A stretch of DNA of 63,576 nucleotides, the filler included, from Octopus bimaculoides (Eukaryota): the NCBI RefSeq assembly GCF_001194135.2. It is 5 parts of 5 records of this genome, joined end to end, with 100 filler letters (N's around TTAATTAATTAA, not from the genome) between each part and the next. Parts side by side here need not be neighbours in the genome. Positions count along the whole stretch, not along the records: positions 38,336 to 60,912 come from NC_069001.1; 4 more parts are not named here. One strand, written 5' to 3'. Position numbers and translations under genes: made by a program. Shown here piece by piece: positions 40,617 to 54,562 of this stretch (the first letter of the stretch is position 1; each line of letters begins with the position of its first letter). Under the pieces are notes generated by a model. The model saw only the letters and a list, made by a program, of their open reading frames with translations. It was not told the origin of the DNA and searched no databases.

Positions 40617-40814
40617 AACGGGCTTACACACAATTTCGTCCACCAAATTAACTCATAAGGCATTGGTCGACCCGGAACTATAGCAGAAGACACTGGTCAA
40701 ATTGAAACTGAACCCGAAACAATATACTGGCAAAGTAACCTTTTTACCCACGCAGCCGTGTTTGCGTTCTATAAAACACGGTTTATAAAGTCGTGTGATA
40801 AAAGATTAAATTAA

Positions 40815-41021
40815 CCCTCAGGCATTACCCGTAATGGTTACGTAATCACATTATTTTGAATTACCCTTGCACTGTCTCATAGCTTTGAGATTTTAATGAT
40901 GCGATCATTTATTTTAAAGATGAATTTGTAGTGTAGGTGTGAGTGACTAAAACTGGGCAGTTTGAAATTGAAACTGGAGGAATATTTCGACCGGGTATTG
41001 CCAGCTTAATTGCTAAAAGGC
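40815..41021. mobile_element. piggyBac-type MITE
   Basis: TTAA|CCCTcaggcatt ... aattgctaaaAGGC|TTAA, with TTAA at 40811-14 and 41022-25. Confidence 0.6.
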
Positions 41022-41783
41022 TTAAATCATTGGAGTTTTGAACCCGGAATATAAAAATCTGAAAACGAGATAGCGTTAGGGCCTTTTACTTTATCCGTTA
41101 ATCCATTCACTGAGGTTTCTTCAAATCTTCTGAACAAGTTAAGGAAGTAAGATACTTATATTCAAGAACGAGTCATCTCACGCTGCTTGCTTTATGCTTC
41201 TACTTGCAACCAGGGTTCGTTTCTTCAAATTTGGTTGTCTTTATTCTTACTTGATCGACTTCTATAATACGTATAGCTGCACGAAAAAGAAAGATTCCGT
41301 CGCCTATTGCCTTCCAAGACATCTTGTCTTCAGAGCCTCTAAATCTCTTTCTAAATCTTGGTATTATTCTCTGAACTATTGAGACGAAAAATGAATACTA
41401 GAATCCTATTACATGACAGAATGGTCGGGTTGTTATTACATTAGGAAATACAGTTCTTTTAAAAGGAAAAGACATACGCACTCGGTATACTACCATAAAA
41501 ATTAAAAGAAGCAAAAACGTCATTGAATACTGGCTAACGTAATATAAAAAACAAAAAAACTTTCATTCTGAATCTTAGACAGAAAGAAAAGTTTTTTCCT
41601 GAAGACACCAGTACCAAATACAGTTCTCGAAGACGTAAATACATTTTAAATGAATTGGTGATCTCGTGATTTTGGAAGGAAATAACACTCAACTGTTTAC
41701 TATACTTTCAGGAAATTCTTCGATCTTAACATATTCTTGTTTTAAATGAAAAATTCTGTTATTCTGATTTCGTCTGTTGCGTA

Positions 41784-41855
<72 letters not shown>

Positions 41856-42399
41856 CATTCGTTTCTTTCTTCTATTATTTTAGGTAGGTGGGAGGAAATA
41901 GACACTACTAGAAAAGAAATGCTATTTGCAAGACGCTAATGCATCCATTGTAATTTCTGGATATAAAGCTATAGACAGTCGTGCATTCATGAATGAGTGA
42001 CCGCTTTATTCTGAATTAGTACGATCTGGTTTTCTGTAAGAAACAAATTACGGCTTTTGTTTTGTTTTGCATTATTATTTTTTCTTTTTTTGTAGTTGTT
42101 GTTGTTGTGTCTATACAAGTCGTATATATTGTATAACGTTTCTATCTATCACAACGCTCCTGATTATACATGTGAAGTTGTAAGAACATATCGAATCACC
42201 CTGAAATCATGGTAGCAAAAAGAAAACAAGAAAAGAAGCGTTAGCTCTTTCCATTCCAAATCTCTTGTTCTCTCTTTCACACAACACATACAGATAGACA
42301 TACACACACAAACACACGCATACACATACGCAAACACATAGACACATACACACACATATATATATAAATACATATACCACATACCCATACACGCATATG

Positions 42400-42450
<51 letters not shown>

Positions 42451-42657
42451 GTCATACACAGACGTATGTGCGTATATACATCTATACATATATAAATACA
42501 TATGTACATATATATACATGTTATATACACCTATACCAGATATATATACGTATAAACAAATACACAGACATATTTGATACATTTATACATGATATAATTA
42601 TATACACGCATACATACACACATATATACAATATCTATATATATATATATATATACA

Positions 42658-42709
<52 letters not shown>

Positions 42710-43470
42710 TACACATCCTTTCTATTTTATCAGTGTTTCTCCTTCTGGTCTCAGCCAGTCGTGAGACGAAATGACATTACACACGCACAGCTATTAACCT
42801 TAGTTATTGACTTCTCAGGAAAGCTGTCGGAAGGAGGCGGCCACGTATGACACGTGCATGTGACACAAAACCGCCTACTGAACCATCTGCGTTCATTGCT
42901 TTCTCCTGTATCTCAGACAAATTGGAAAGATATGGAGATGCCGATCAGAATCGCTTTCCTTTTGCAATTGGTGAATGTCACGTAAAGCTGATCCGGGTTA
43001 ATTTACAATGGAATCTCTACGGTGTAAAAGTGGAAAACATATTATGTGCATGCCAAGTTGTGTTGCTAAGAATTTCAAATGCAACCAAGTAGCCAAGGAT
43101 TCGCGTTCATCTGCAATACGCGCCACCTTAGGCAGGGTTTTTTTTACTATTCTCTACAGCCTGGTCAATAGAATCAGGTACGCGGAAACTATGCGAAGTC
43201 TGCATATATAACTCTGTGTGTATGTATGTTTTCGTGTGCATATGCACGTGTGAGTGTGTGTTTGTTTCTGTATTTGTCAACCTGCCACCCCTTCATAACA
43301 GCTGGGTTTTTTTTCTTTCTTTACGTTTCCGTAAATTAACCGTTCGACAAATGGAACCGATAGAAAAATAGAAGACATTAAAATGGTTTATACTTAGCAG
43401 GTTCCGTGGTGCCGACAATTTCCTCCCCATAAAATCAGTGCCCTTATCGATAAATTAGAAATATTATTAT

Positions 43471-43558
<88 letters not shown>

Positions 43559-43568
43559 AGTAGTAGTA

Positions 43569-44072
43569 TGGACAAGATTGAAAGGACTGGTACAAACTCC
43601 TTGATGGCAGTGTCAGTATCTAATTTAATGGAAGCTGTCTGCTTGATCTTGCCTCTTACAAAGGAGTTGCTTTAGCACATTTATCAAGGACAAAAGTCCA
43701 TCCCAATATAATTGCTGACCTCTTTAACAATTGTGAACAGCCCTTCGTCATTTCTAACAAACAGCTTCAGATCATCCATATAAAGCAGATGGTTTACTAT
43801 AATATTATACATTTTGAAGCCATACCCGGTGTTACTCGGCTCGTTTGAGTGCCTTTCAAAAGAGTAATGGGGAGAGACTCACCTTGAAAGATGCCTCGTT
43901 TGATGTTGATGTTAGATTGGCTCATCCCATTACTGTAGTGTAGAAGACGTGTATTCCAATTGACCATGCAAACGTGTAAGAATTTGTAGACGGCAGGAAA
44001 GATCATGTATATCTCAAGGGCCTTGAGTAGCCAATTATGTGGGGCACTATCAAACGTTTTCCTGTAGTCTAG
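43569..44072 (-). mobile_element. R4-like RT core fragment (E), same family as fragment C
   Basis: LDYRKTFDSAPHNWLLKALEIY...KRGIFQGESL...HLLYMDDLKLFVRND; first ~100 nt match 16965-17050. Confidence 0.85.
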
Positions 44073-45639
44073 AAAAAGGAAGAAATATTATTGTTACAGT
44101 TGATGAGATGCAGCTGGACGAATCGTTAGAGCGTCAAAAGAACAAAATATTTTGTAGCGTCTCTTTCTTTGCTCTACACTCTGAGTTCATATTCGCCTAG
44201 TTTAACTTTGACTTCCGTTTTTCCTGGGTCGATAAGATAAGGTACCGGTCAAGTACTAGCGTCGATTTAATCAACTGACCTCTTTCCCATAACAAATCTC
44301 TGGCTTTGTGTCAAAATTTGACCATTCCTATAATATGGTAGTCAGAAACGTCGTCTCGCTTTCCCGAAACGTAAATTACAGATTGAGCCATGTTAAAATA
44401 CTCTCATATGTAATAAGAATATTTCTAAAAAGTTAATCAATTATTTGTTTTTCCATCTTTTACTGCCGTTTAGAATAATTTATATATCTTTTTTAATTTG
44501 CGAAGAATGTAATTTCTATTTTAGTTTTTAAAATCAAAAACGAAACCTTCAAGGGAAATTCTTTGCCTTACTGTACCCGGAATGAAAATTTCCAACCGGA
44601 ATGAGAGGCATTTTACAAACATCAAACAGAAAGGGAAAAAAATGTTTTCTGAATTCCTCACATGTTGATAATAAAATAGGGGAATTACACAGCAGTAATT
44701 GCAATTAATGAGAATAATTATAAGGCCATATTAGCAATAAAGCGAAGCTCTTCTACATTTAGACATATTTGGAATGAGTCAAGAATTGTTCTCTAAATGT
44801 AAATATGGATCAAAATTTTTTAAATGAATAGAGAGATATAGAATTCATTGCAGCTGTTTGTTTATCGGCCTCCAATTCGATGCAATTAGAAATGCCAACC
44901 GAAAACGGAGAATGGATTTGGAAACCGCAGAATGATATGTGGAATCATTCATTTTGACATTGTATTTGACCTGTGTTTGCGACAATTACGGCGGAAAATT
45001 CTCTTGAGTTCGTTTTATCAACTGCATGGATTGTTATGCCGTAGTAGTATGGAACCACACCAGGCAATTAACAAATAATTAAATTGATGAGAAATTGGAA
45101 TATTGCGAGTGGAACGGATTAGGCTAAAGACAACATGTTTCATAGAAAGAGACCGAAAAGCATATTAACACTGGTCGATCAACTGTATTCCTCGTCTAAT
45201 GGAATTTGTAGAAATGAACTCTGTAGATCGATCTTCCGGGCGTATATTGAGTTAGTAGTTTGGTATAAAATATTGTGTGGTTTTTCAGTAACAAATGCAT
45301 ATTCAACTTTGTACGGATTTTGCAGCACGCTCCCGAAATAACACCGTCAGTTTTTTAGGGAGCGAAAGTAGGAGTTGCCTATTTCGAAGTGTCAATATGT
45401 GTATACAGCTCGTATCATAATGTAATTTCGATTTGTACGGATATTGTCGTAGGCTCTCGAAATGCCATAGTCTGATGTCATCTCTTCTAGAAGCTTTCAT
45501 GCATATATCACAGCATACCTCTCCAGAGAGTAGCGTCGTAGATTTTCAACTCTCTCTTTCTCTCTCTCTCAGTAATTCTGTTGTTCAATTTGCAATACAT
45601 ACACACGCACACATATGTATATGTGTGTGTGTGTGTGTC

Positions 45640-45694
<55 letters not shown>

Positions 45695-46000
45695 TCGTGT
45701 ATGCGTGTATGTATGTGTGTGTGCGGGTGTGTGTGTATGTAAGTACTTTTAGTTCCGCTGTAAAATGTATTCTGTGCAAAAATATGGACATACATATATA
45801 CATAAGTATATATGTGTGTGTTTGCGTGTATGTGTATGTTTGCGTATGTATATAACAATCTATATACATACATATACATACAAGGACACATACTGAAATA
45901 TATATGTAAGTATGTATATATATATATACATATATATATATAACATACACACACGGTCACAAATATGTATATATACAAATAGGCGTATATATATATTTAC

Positions 46001-46055
<55 letters not shown>

Positions 46056-46082
46056 TCTACATACATACACGCACATACATAC

Positions 46083-46113
<31 letters not shown>

Positions 46114-47034
46114 CATAGATGCATGAGTGCAAAATTTTCAATTAATTTCTGTTTTGAACTCATTCTATCAAACCACCAATATCAAATTGACCCCCACGAC
46201 TTCAGCAAAATTATTCTTGCAAACCCAATTATGAAATATTGTAATACAAACTAACCAATATCTAAAGCTTTGACCACAGTGACCATCAGCGGCGATCTCA
46301 CTAGTAATTTCTTCCCTGTCGCCATTCGATGTACTCTCTGAATATCACTTGTTCGTGAATTACATCATAATCCAATTAGCTTTAGTGACTACTCATAGGT
46401 CACCGTTCAATGAAATTGTATTTAACTCCAGTGCATTTAAGTATAATTGCTAATGTACTGATGCATTCGTGTACAAGTCTGCATAGACATAAATATATAT
46501 GTAAACGTATATATATATATAGTATATATATAGACGTATATACACAAGTATGCTCTCATGTATGTTTGTACGTATATATATATATTAGATAATCGGTAGG
46601 GAAGGCAGAGTGTACTGTAAGCTTTATTTGGCACGACGATCGTTTCGGCTTACATCTACGCTGCTCCCTAGTGAGTGGGGAACGGTATAGTGGAATCTAA
46701 TGCATCCCACAGTGCAGAAGAAACGACAGGTTACATAATACGGTAGAGTGTTATAATATGTTCTTTTCGCTACTGTGAATGGCAGGATGGTGTTACTAGG
46801 ATGCATGAGTTTATAATAGTTCTCAAATCCATTAATGAGACAGGATGCTTGGGATTTATTCTGAGAGTAGTCTCTAGAGAATCTAAAGAATCTAATTCAA
46901 AGAACAAATGGAAAGGTCAGAATGTATTTTGAATGAAAAGTTTTGGCATTCTTTGATGATTGGTTACGCGTATCATTCGTGGGAACGTGGATACACACTT
47001 ATACATATATATATATGTATATATATATGTGTGT

Positions 47035-47066
<32 letters not shown>

Positions 47067-47534
47067 ATGCATGTATATATACCGATATATATATATATAC
47101 TGATATATATTAACGCACACACACACACACACACACATACATTTTTATGCATACACAGATACATATATATGAATACATATAGATATACATAAATATGGAC
47201 ATATTTATACACGCGCACATACACATAGATATCCGCATGTATGTGCATAGGCCCATGTTAAACAAAGATGATTGCAATATGGAGTGTCCATTTACTTGGA
47301 CATCCATACGACACGTTTGTTGAAATCAATTCGTGCGGAATATATAAAAGCAGAAAACCAATAGCTGTGAGAGAGGAATATATATTTATTTAAGCACGGA
47401 ACTTGCATAGGGTTACTGCCGTTTCGCAACCTTTATCTTGTAGTATTAGTTACAGTATGAAAGGCATTTAGGAGTTTGCATTAATATGTATGTTAAGTAT
47501 TATACAATATAATTATACATTCACAAATTAATAG

Positions 47535-47740
47535 AAACGAGATCACTCAGAGAGCGCAAATATCCGCCAAGGCAACACCAACGTCCTCTCAACGATTAGC
47601 CAGAGATAGTTTTTTAAATGAGAATATCTGAAATAAACTCGACTGATTTCATAAATGAGAATACTAAAAATGAACCCGAACGCCCTCAAAAATTTTAAAA
47701 AATAAGAAAAATAATCCAGAAACCTTGTCTGGAACCGGAC
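47535..47740 (-). mobile_element. Helentron-type non-autonomous element (HINE), 3' half
   Basis: Reverse complement ends ...ggtgttgccttggcgga...tgcgctctctgagtg, matching 49060-49265. Confidence 0.75.
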
Positions 47741-48902
47741 ACTTTTTTTCTCTTTTTCCTTCTATTTCTTCCTCTTATTCATTCTTCTTTTTCTTCTGAT
47801 ATCGCTGATACTTTTCATAATCGTCTTCTTCTACTACTAATACTACTACCGCTGCTGCTGTTACTACATCTAACAGTACTTCTACAACAACAACAAAATT
47901 ACTACCACTATATCATCATGGTTTTCATCTTTCTTGTTTTAAGCCAAACAATCAGAACTAGTGAATCAAAGTCCACCACCAATAAAATCTGTTCCTGCAA
48001 TGTCCTTCACAACCTTTCTTTTACAACATCATGGTGTATCTTGAATAACATTATTTTCTTTCTACGGTTCTCTTTCAAACAGTACGACGTAATTCAAAGT
48101 TGATTTATCTGGTAGTTCTCGACTACAAGTAACATAGTGTCTAAACACGATTAAACTTTCTTATAAATTATGAATGATAGTTGTTGATTGAGACGTACAC
48201 TTTTTTCTTAATGACCTAAGAATCTATATACTAAAACTAATTTGATCCATTATCAAATTTCAGCGTATCTTTGCCAACGTCTAGCTTAGTATGACACGTC
48301 CTTCATCTGATAGAATATTTCAAATCCATTGTGAAGTGGAAATTGATCAATCACTTTAATCCGAGTAGTTTGATAATATATATTTCTATAGAGCTTAGAG
48401 CAAATTTTGTGTGAAACGGGGCTCATTTATGAAATAATCTGTCATCTATATTCAAATAAAGTAAAGCAGACGACATCTATACCGGCAATGTCGAAATGAT
48501 TGAATATAAATTTTACCTGCTTATATTAAGAAAATGTCAAACATGTATGCTTGTACCATATTGATATTATCACTACTTTATTTTAGTCACCTCGTGCTGA
48601 AAGCATTTATTAGTCATGTATCATATAAAAAAAATATAAAGTATGTGTATGTATAGGCGTAGGAGTGGCTGTGTGGGAACTCGCTTGCTTACCAACCACA
48701 TAGAGGTTTCAATTCCCGGTCGAGCAAAACACCTCTTTTCACATTGCTCCAGAGAAACCGGAAAACCAGCCCTATACCTCTTACGGAGTAATGTGGGCTA
48801 ATCCAAGCTTAAAATATGTAGATTATCTTGCTGCTTTGAGATATATTTTTCTGTTATTACTAGCATGTAATCGATGACATAGAGATTCTCTCCTTAGACC
48901 AG

Positions 48903-49265
48903 TTATGACCTCCACCTTAGAGAAGGCGGTGGTATTGTTTTCAATCGTGTTTGTCCATGGGAGGATATCTCAAGAACTGCTAGATGGATGCAGATGAAAC
49001 TTGCAGGGATGTTTGGCCTCGTGACAGGCACGAACTGAGTAGATGATGGGATCGATCCGGTACCGGACAAAGATTCTAGATTATTTTTTCCGGTTTTCTA
49101 ACTTAATTTTTGAGAGCGGTCGGGTTCATTTTTAGTATTCTCGCTTGTGAGAGCAGTCGAGTTTATTTCAAATATTCTCATTTTAAACATCATCTCCGCC
49201 TAATCGTTGAGAGGACGCTGGTGTTGCCTTGGCAGAAGGTTGCGCTCTCTGAGTGCCCTTGTTCT
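48903..49265 (+). mobile_element. Helentron-type non-autonomous element (HINE/DINE-1-like), near complete
   Basis: 5' TTATGACCTCCACC..GGCGGTGGT subterminal palindrome, GATATCTCAAGAAC...GATGAAACTTG body and 3' CCTTGGCAGAAGGTTGCGCTCTCTGAGTGC end. Confidence 0.75.
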
Positions 49266-51709
49266 GTTATGTTTTGCATTTTTACAGTTGTTGCTCTTGT
49301 TGTTTGCACCCAAATGAACTCCGACGATAGTAGCTGGCATTGTCCATGGTGCCACGCAGTGGAACTAAACCCGCAACCATGTGGTTAGTAAGCAAGCTAC
49401 TTACCACACAGCCACCTCTGTACCTATATATGTGTAATCAATTAATAAATTACTAACATATGAAACAGGGTTAATTTGAAATGTAATTCAATGTATACAA
49501 ATTGCTTAAACATATTTATATATAAACAGATAGGGTAACAAATACATACGTCAACAGAGAGACAGAAAGAGAGCGAGCCTGTCAGAATATAGATAGATAG
49601 ATAGATAGATAGACTGATCCTTTACTTTATCAATCCTCTTCGATCGATAAAGTAAAGTACCATTTTACACTGTAGTCGATTCACACGCAAACACACTCAT
49701 ATGGATAGATAGATAGATATACAGGCAGACAACTAGAAGACAAAACGTGACCTGCTTTTATGCACCATTGCAAAAATTATCTTCACTCCTGCGTTTGCAG
49801 TGCAAAAAGCACTTAAATGAATTAATTCTGCCATAATTTAATATAACTGATTGTGAGATTAGGCCATTCGTCTTGAATTACTTAACTCGTTAGTCCCTGT
49901 TTGGCTTTGCTGACATGGATAATGGTTGAGATGTGTAGTAGATGTTGCAGCCGATGATGGCGGCCGGTGGCGATAGCGTGTTTTGTGTGAGAGAAAGCCA
50001 TAAACCTTTAATATAAAAGTATTTCAAGAAATTAATCTCAATAACTAGCTGCATTAACCAGTCTACTGTTTACATTATCTTGTTGATTTTCCACGTTCCT
50101 GAGATGAGAGTTGATCAATCAAGCAAATTAACATTGGTTTGTCGTGAGTGGATTGGCGATACTGGCATATGCTTCCAATAAAATAAATTATGCAGGTTAT
50201 TATTATTGTAGTTGCTGCTGTAGTTTCTCTGTTTGTTGTTGTTCTTGTTATTATTGTTTGATGTAGACGTGCTCCAATTATCTCAATAGAGAAATTAGAT
50301 TTACAGCAGACACGGATTTAATGGAATAAATTTACTTAGAATAATTTCACTGTGATGCAAAACTTTGGAAATAGTTCTACAGTGTCTGGTTTGTTCGATT
50401 TCGTTTTGGACTGGTGAAATAAATTTAGAATTCCTGTCTATCTCTGCTTTTTTGTTTACATTCATTCCGCGTTACATATCGACCTCGAAAGGATAAATGA
50501 TGCATTCGACGTCAGTTGAATTCGAACGCAGAACGTAAAGCCGGATGATATGCCGCTTGTATTTGTATGAATTTTGCTTTGTCATTTTTCTAAGAGGTTT
50601 CTTGCGCTAAGTAGAGATAAGCTGTGGTGGTATTAACAGAAACAACAAGAAACTCCCCACAAAAAAAGATGTGGGAGAATATTTACAAATATAGAGTTTA
50701 AGAAAAATATTTATTTATTTATTGCTCACATGGGGTTAAACATAGAGGGGACAAACAAGGACAAACAAAGGGTTAAACTGATTACATCGACCCCAGTGCG
50801 TAACAGGTACTTATTTAATCGACCCCAAAAGGCAAAGTCTACCTGGCGGAATTTGAATGTAGCGGCAGACCGCTAGCATTTCGCCTGGCGTGCTAACGAT
50901 TCTGCCAGCCCCCCGCCTGTTTAATAAAAATTAGACAAACAAAAGTAAAACTGCTAAGAGCAACACACAAAGACACCTACAAAGAAAAAAAGTTTATTTA
51001 TTCAATGATCCGTTGCTGAGTTTAACTTATGCATATGCATGTGATCGGAGAGTCGTACGTTAAGTTACGAATGAAAATTGTGCAAATTTATGTCAACCCC
51101 CTACAGACGTAATCTTATCTATCCGTAGTATAAAATATATATTACTAAATAATCAGTTTTAAGCGGTTTATTCGATCATCTTTTATAGGCAGAATATCAA
51201 ATAATCTGGCTCTCCTGGCTGTCGAAACATCAAAAACTCAGTCAACTTTTCCCTGACAGATTTAATAAAAAATGTCTCTCCTGTTTATCCCATAAGCTTG
51301 CTTCCATCCGAGATGAGGAGCTCTCAGCTGGTAGAACTTGCGTCTGCAAGTTATTTGCAAACAAATACAAAATAATGAGAGAAAACTTTACGTAATCTTA
51401 ATCTTTTGTTTAATGTTAACTTCTCTGCAGGCTGCGAGTTGGCACAATTGCTACTGCGCCGGAGTGATTGCTTTGCGGCATTAATTCTAACATTTCGCTC
51501 TGATTTCAAATGCTGTCGAGATTGAATTTGCCTTTCATCCATTCGGGTCGATATACGTACCTCTTGTGCATTAGGGTTGATGTAACCAGTTGACCACTCT
51601 CCGGATTTGCTGTCCATGTGCCAGAATTGGAAACCATTGTTAGTTTATCTCTACATATATCTTGATCTGATATCAAAAATTTATATACATGCACACGCAC
51701 ATGCTGTTG

Positions 51710-52080
51710 TTGGCACTCCGTCGTTTACGACGTCGAGGGTTCTAGTTGATCCGATCAACGGAACAGCCTTCTCGTGAAATTAACGTGCAAGTGGCTGAGC
51801 ACTCCACAGACACGTCTACCCTTAGCGTGGTTCTAGGGGATATTCAGCGTGACACAGTGTGACAAGGCTGACCATTTGAATTACAGACACAAGAGAAACA
51901 AGAAGTAAGAGTGAGAGAAAGTTGTGGTGAAAGAGTACAGCAGGGTTCGCCACCATACCCTGCCGGAACATTGTGTAGCTTTAGCTCAATAAACTCTCAC
52001 AACGCCCGGTTTGGGAATCGAAACCGCGATCCTATGACCGCGAGTCCGCTGTCCTAACCACTGGGCCATTGCGCCTCCAA
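51710..52080 (-). mobile_element. Full-length tRNA-SINE with an alternative head and a shared tail
   Basis: Head GGCGCAATGGCCCAGTGGTTAGG...GGTTTCGATTCC; 3' half is the same as the 17871/31968/53649 family. Confidence 0.8.
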
Positions 52081-52390
52081 GCACACGCACATGTATACTT
52101 GCATACATACACGTAGATAGATAGATAGATAGATATCTCAAAGAATTATACTTGAGTTATTTGAACTTCGAAACGTACAAAAGAAAAAAAATGGTTGGTT
52201 GGCATTGAGATCGAAGTTCGTTGCGAACTCACACACTGCTCAGAAAGCGAACATGAATTAACGAATGACCGCTTGTTTTGATCTTGAGAAATCTATACGC
52301 GTAAAAGGCAGCGTTAAAAAAAATTGTAGAGAGAAAATATAAATCCAGTACAGTCGATTGGATTCTAGAAATTAAAAAAAAACTGCTTAC

Positions 52391-52408
52391 CTCTCATCGA
52401 GATTAAAG
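52391..52408 (-). other. Candidate 18-nt microexon (host gene or UTR)
   Basis: T-run of about 17 nt, aactttccag|CTTTAATCTCGATGAGAG|gtaagc; near-consensus splice signals on the anosmin strand. Confidence 0.35.
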
Positions 52409-53648
52409 CTGGAAAGTTAAAAAAAAAAAAAAAAAATTAGATGAAAGTAAATCCACGCAAGTTAGTTTCTTTTGCTATTTACGATCTATGAGAGAAAGCG
52501 AAGATAGTTCCTTTAGTTTTGAAAACAGACATTGGAGAAGAAAGAAGTGAAAATGTCTATCTAACATATCATGCGATAAAAATCAGATGTTGTTTTGTTC
52601 GATATTTCTCAGATATCACTTGATTAAATCCGGATATCCTTTTCTTTTAAACAGCACTATTTTCTAAATGTGGAAACTATGCCTATATATATTTATTTTA
52701 TTTATTTTCATTCGTTTAGTTATTTATCTATTGACTCCTTTTCTTCAGGATATTGTATGGAAACAACAAACACGAATGAACTGTTAACCCTTGCTGTTCG
52801 CACATGTTTTGCCTTTCTTCCAGCCATGAATTTTGTACAATTTTGTTAACATCCAGTGAAAAGAAACGAAACCAACCCCCTCAGTGTGTGTTTACTCTTT
52901 GACCTTGTTCTCTGTAATGGTAATATATTATCTGCAAAGTAAACCGAATCACTCAAATGCTTACTGTTTTGCATTAACTTCATACAAACGCACTTATAAC
53001 TGAAAATTCAATTTCTGTCAGTATATTTCGTAGAAGTAGCTTAGATTTGATTTAAACTACTGGAAATTGAAATTTGGATTCTGTTCGAAGATAAAATAAT
53101 ACCATTTCATCTGTGTGTTCAAAAGCAGATCTTTTAGAATGTGTAAAATGTGTAAAATGGTATACTAAATATTCGGGTAAGGAGGAATATGTTATGGGCA
53201 AAATAAAAAGAAACGCCAAAATCTCCTGCGCGAACAGGTTCTTACTATGCGTTAAGTAACATGAGATTACGTGGCGCCGCCCGTTGCAAACATTGTCCAT
53301 CTTCTGTCAGAAGGCCAATCAGCCATTCTCACGCAATGCACGCGCAAAAACACACACACACAAGCACACGCACACGCACGCGCACACGCACGCACGCACG
53401 CACGCAAGCACGCACGCACGCACTCACTCACTCACACATACAGGCACACTCATACACTTCTATCTCTGATACACACAGTAATTTTCACACGCACACACAT
53501 TCATGCTTCCTCTCCTCTATCTCTCTGACACACACGCGCACGCTTCCTCTCCTCACACACATACACTTTCTCACAACACATACGTATTGCACACGCACAC
53601 AAACACACACCATACACCCATGTATGTATATAAGTGTGTGTGTATAGT

Positions 53649-53950
53649 GGAGGCGCGTGGCTTGGCGGTTAGGGTATTCCGCCCACGATCAAAAGGTCGT
53701 GTGTTCAATTCCCTGCGAATACACTTTATTTCATTTTGCTGCAGTCTACTCAGCTGGTAAAAATGAGTAGTCTCTATTTTAAAGAGCCGCCCTTGTCAAA
53801 CATTTGTATGACATTAACCCTCCCTCAGAATTACGTTAAGGGTTCACGTGTCTGTGGAGTGCTCAGCCACTTGCTCGTTAATTTCACGAGCTGGCTGTTC
53901 CTTCGATCAAAACTACTGGAACCCGTGTCGTCGTAACCGACAGAGTACCA
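53649..53950 (+). mobile_element. tRNA-derived SINE
   Basis: GGCGCGTGGCTTGGCGGTTAGG head and ...gtcgtaaccgacagagt tail. Confidence 0.8.
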
Positions 53951-54523
53951 CTGTGTATATACATGCATATGTAAGCATTCATGTATGTATGCGCTAGAAT
54001 GATTGCTTATACATAAGATATACACTACATAAAATTGGGATTTAGTCTTAAAAAGACCCTGGTCAGTAAATTTTGCAAGTGTCGTCCACGACAGCCCCTT
54101 TCAAAGAACTAACACGAACTGTCTAGCCATTTTAAACACATTTCCTTTTTCCAGTTTTGAAAGTAGACACCCATTTGTATTTAACACTTGCTGTTGCTAA
54201 TGCAAAAACCATACACGGTATAATAAAGTGGGTGTGTGGGAAAACAATAATAGCAATAGGAATTTATATTCTCTTCATTTGACAAACATTTTTCAGACTC
54301 ATGATTCCTGCCAGAGACGAAACTATAAGTGGCTGTGAGACATTGGTAATCGAATAAGCACAATAATATAATATGGCATATTTTATGACACAAACAAACG
54401 AACAGGAGCATGTCTACATATATATGTATACATTTATACACACACACACACACACACACACACGTATATATTTATATATATAAATATATATACACACACA
54501 CATACATACTTGTATGTATTAAG

Positions 54524-54562
<39 letters not shown>

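Noticed and set aside
42735-42780. CTG-GTCTCA/TGAGAC-GAAA hammerhead-like hairpin
   Set aside because: Lacks AUGA of the core and has no stem I.
47405-47445. Minus-strand GAAAC-GGCA-GTA motif
   Set aside because: No recognisable CUGANGA or stem I.
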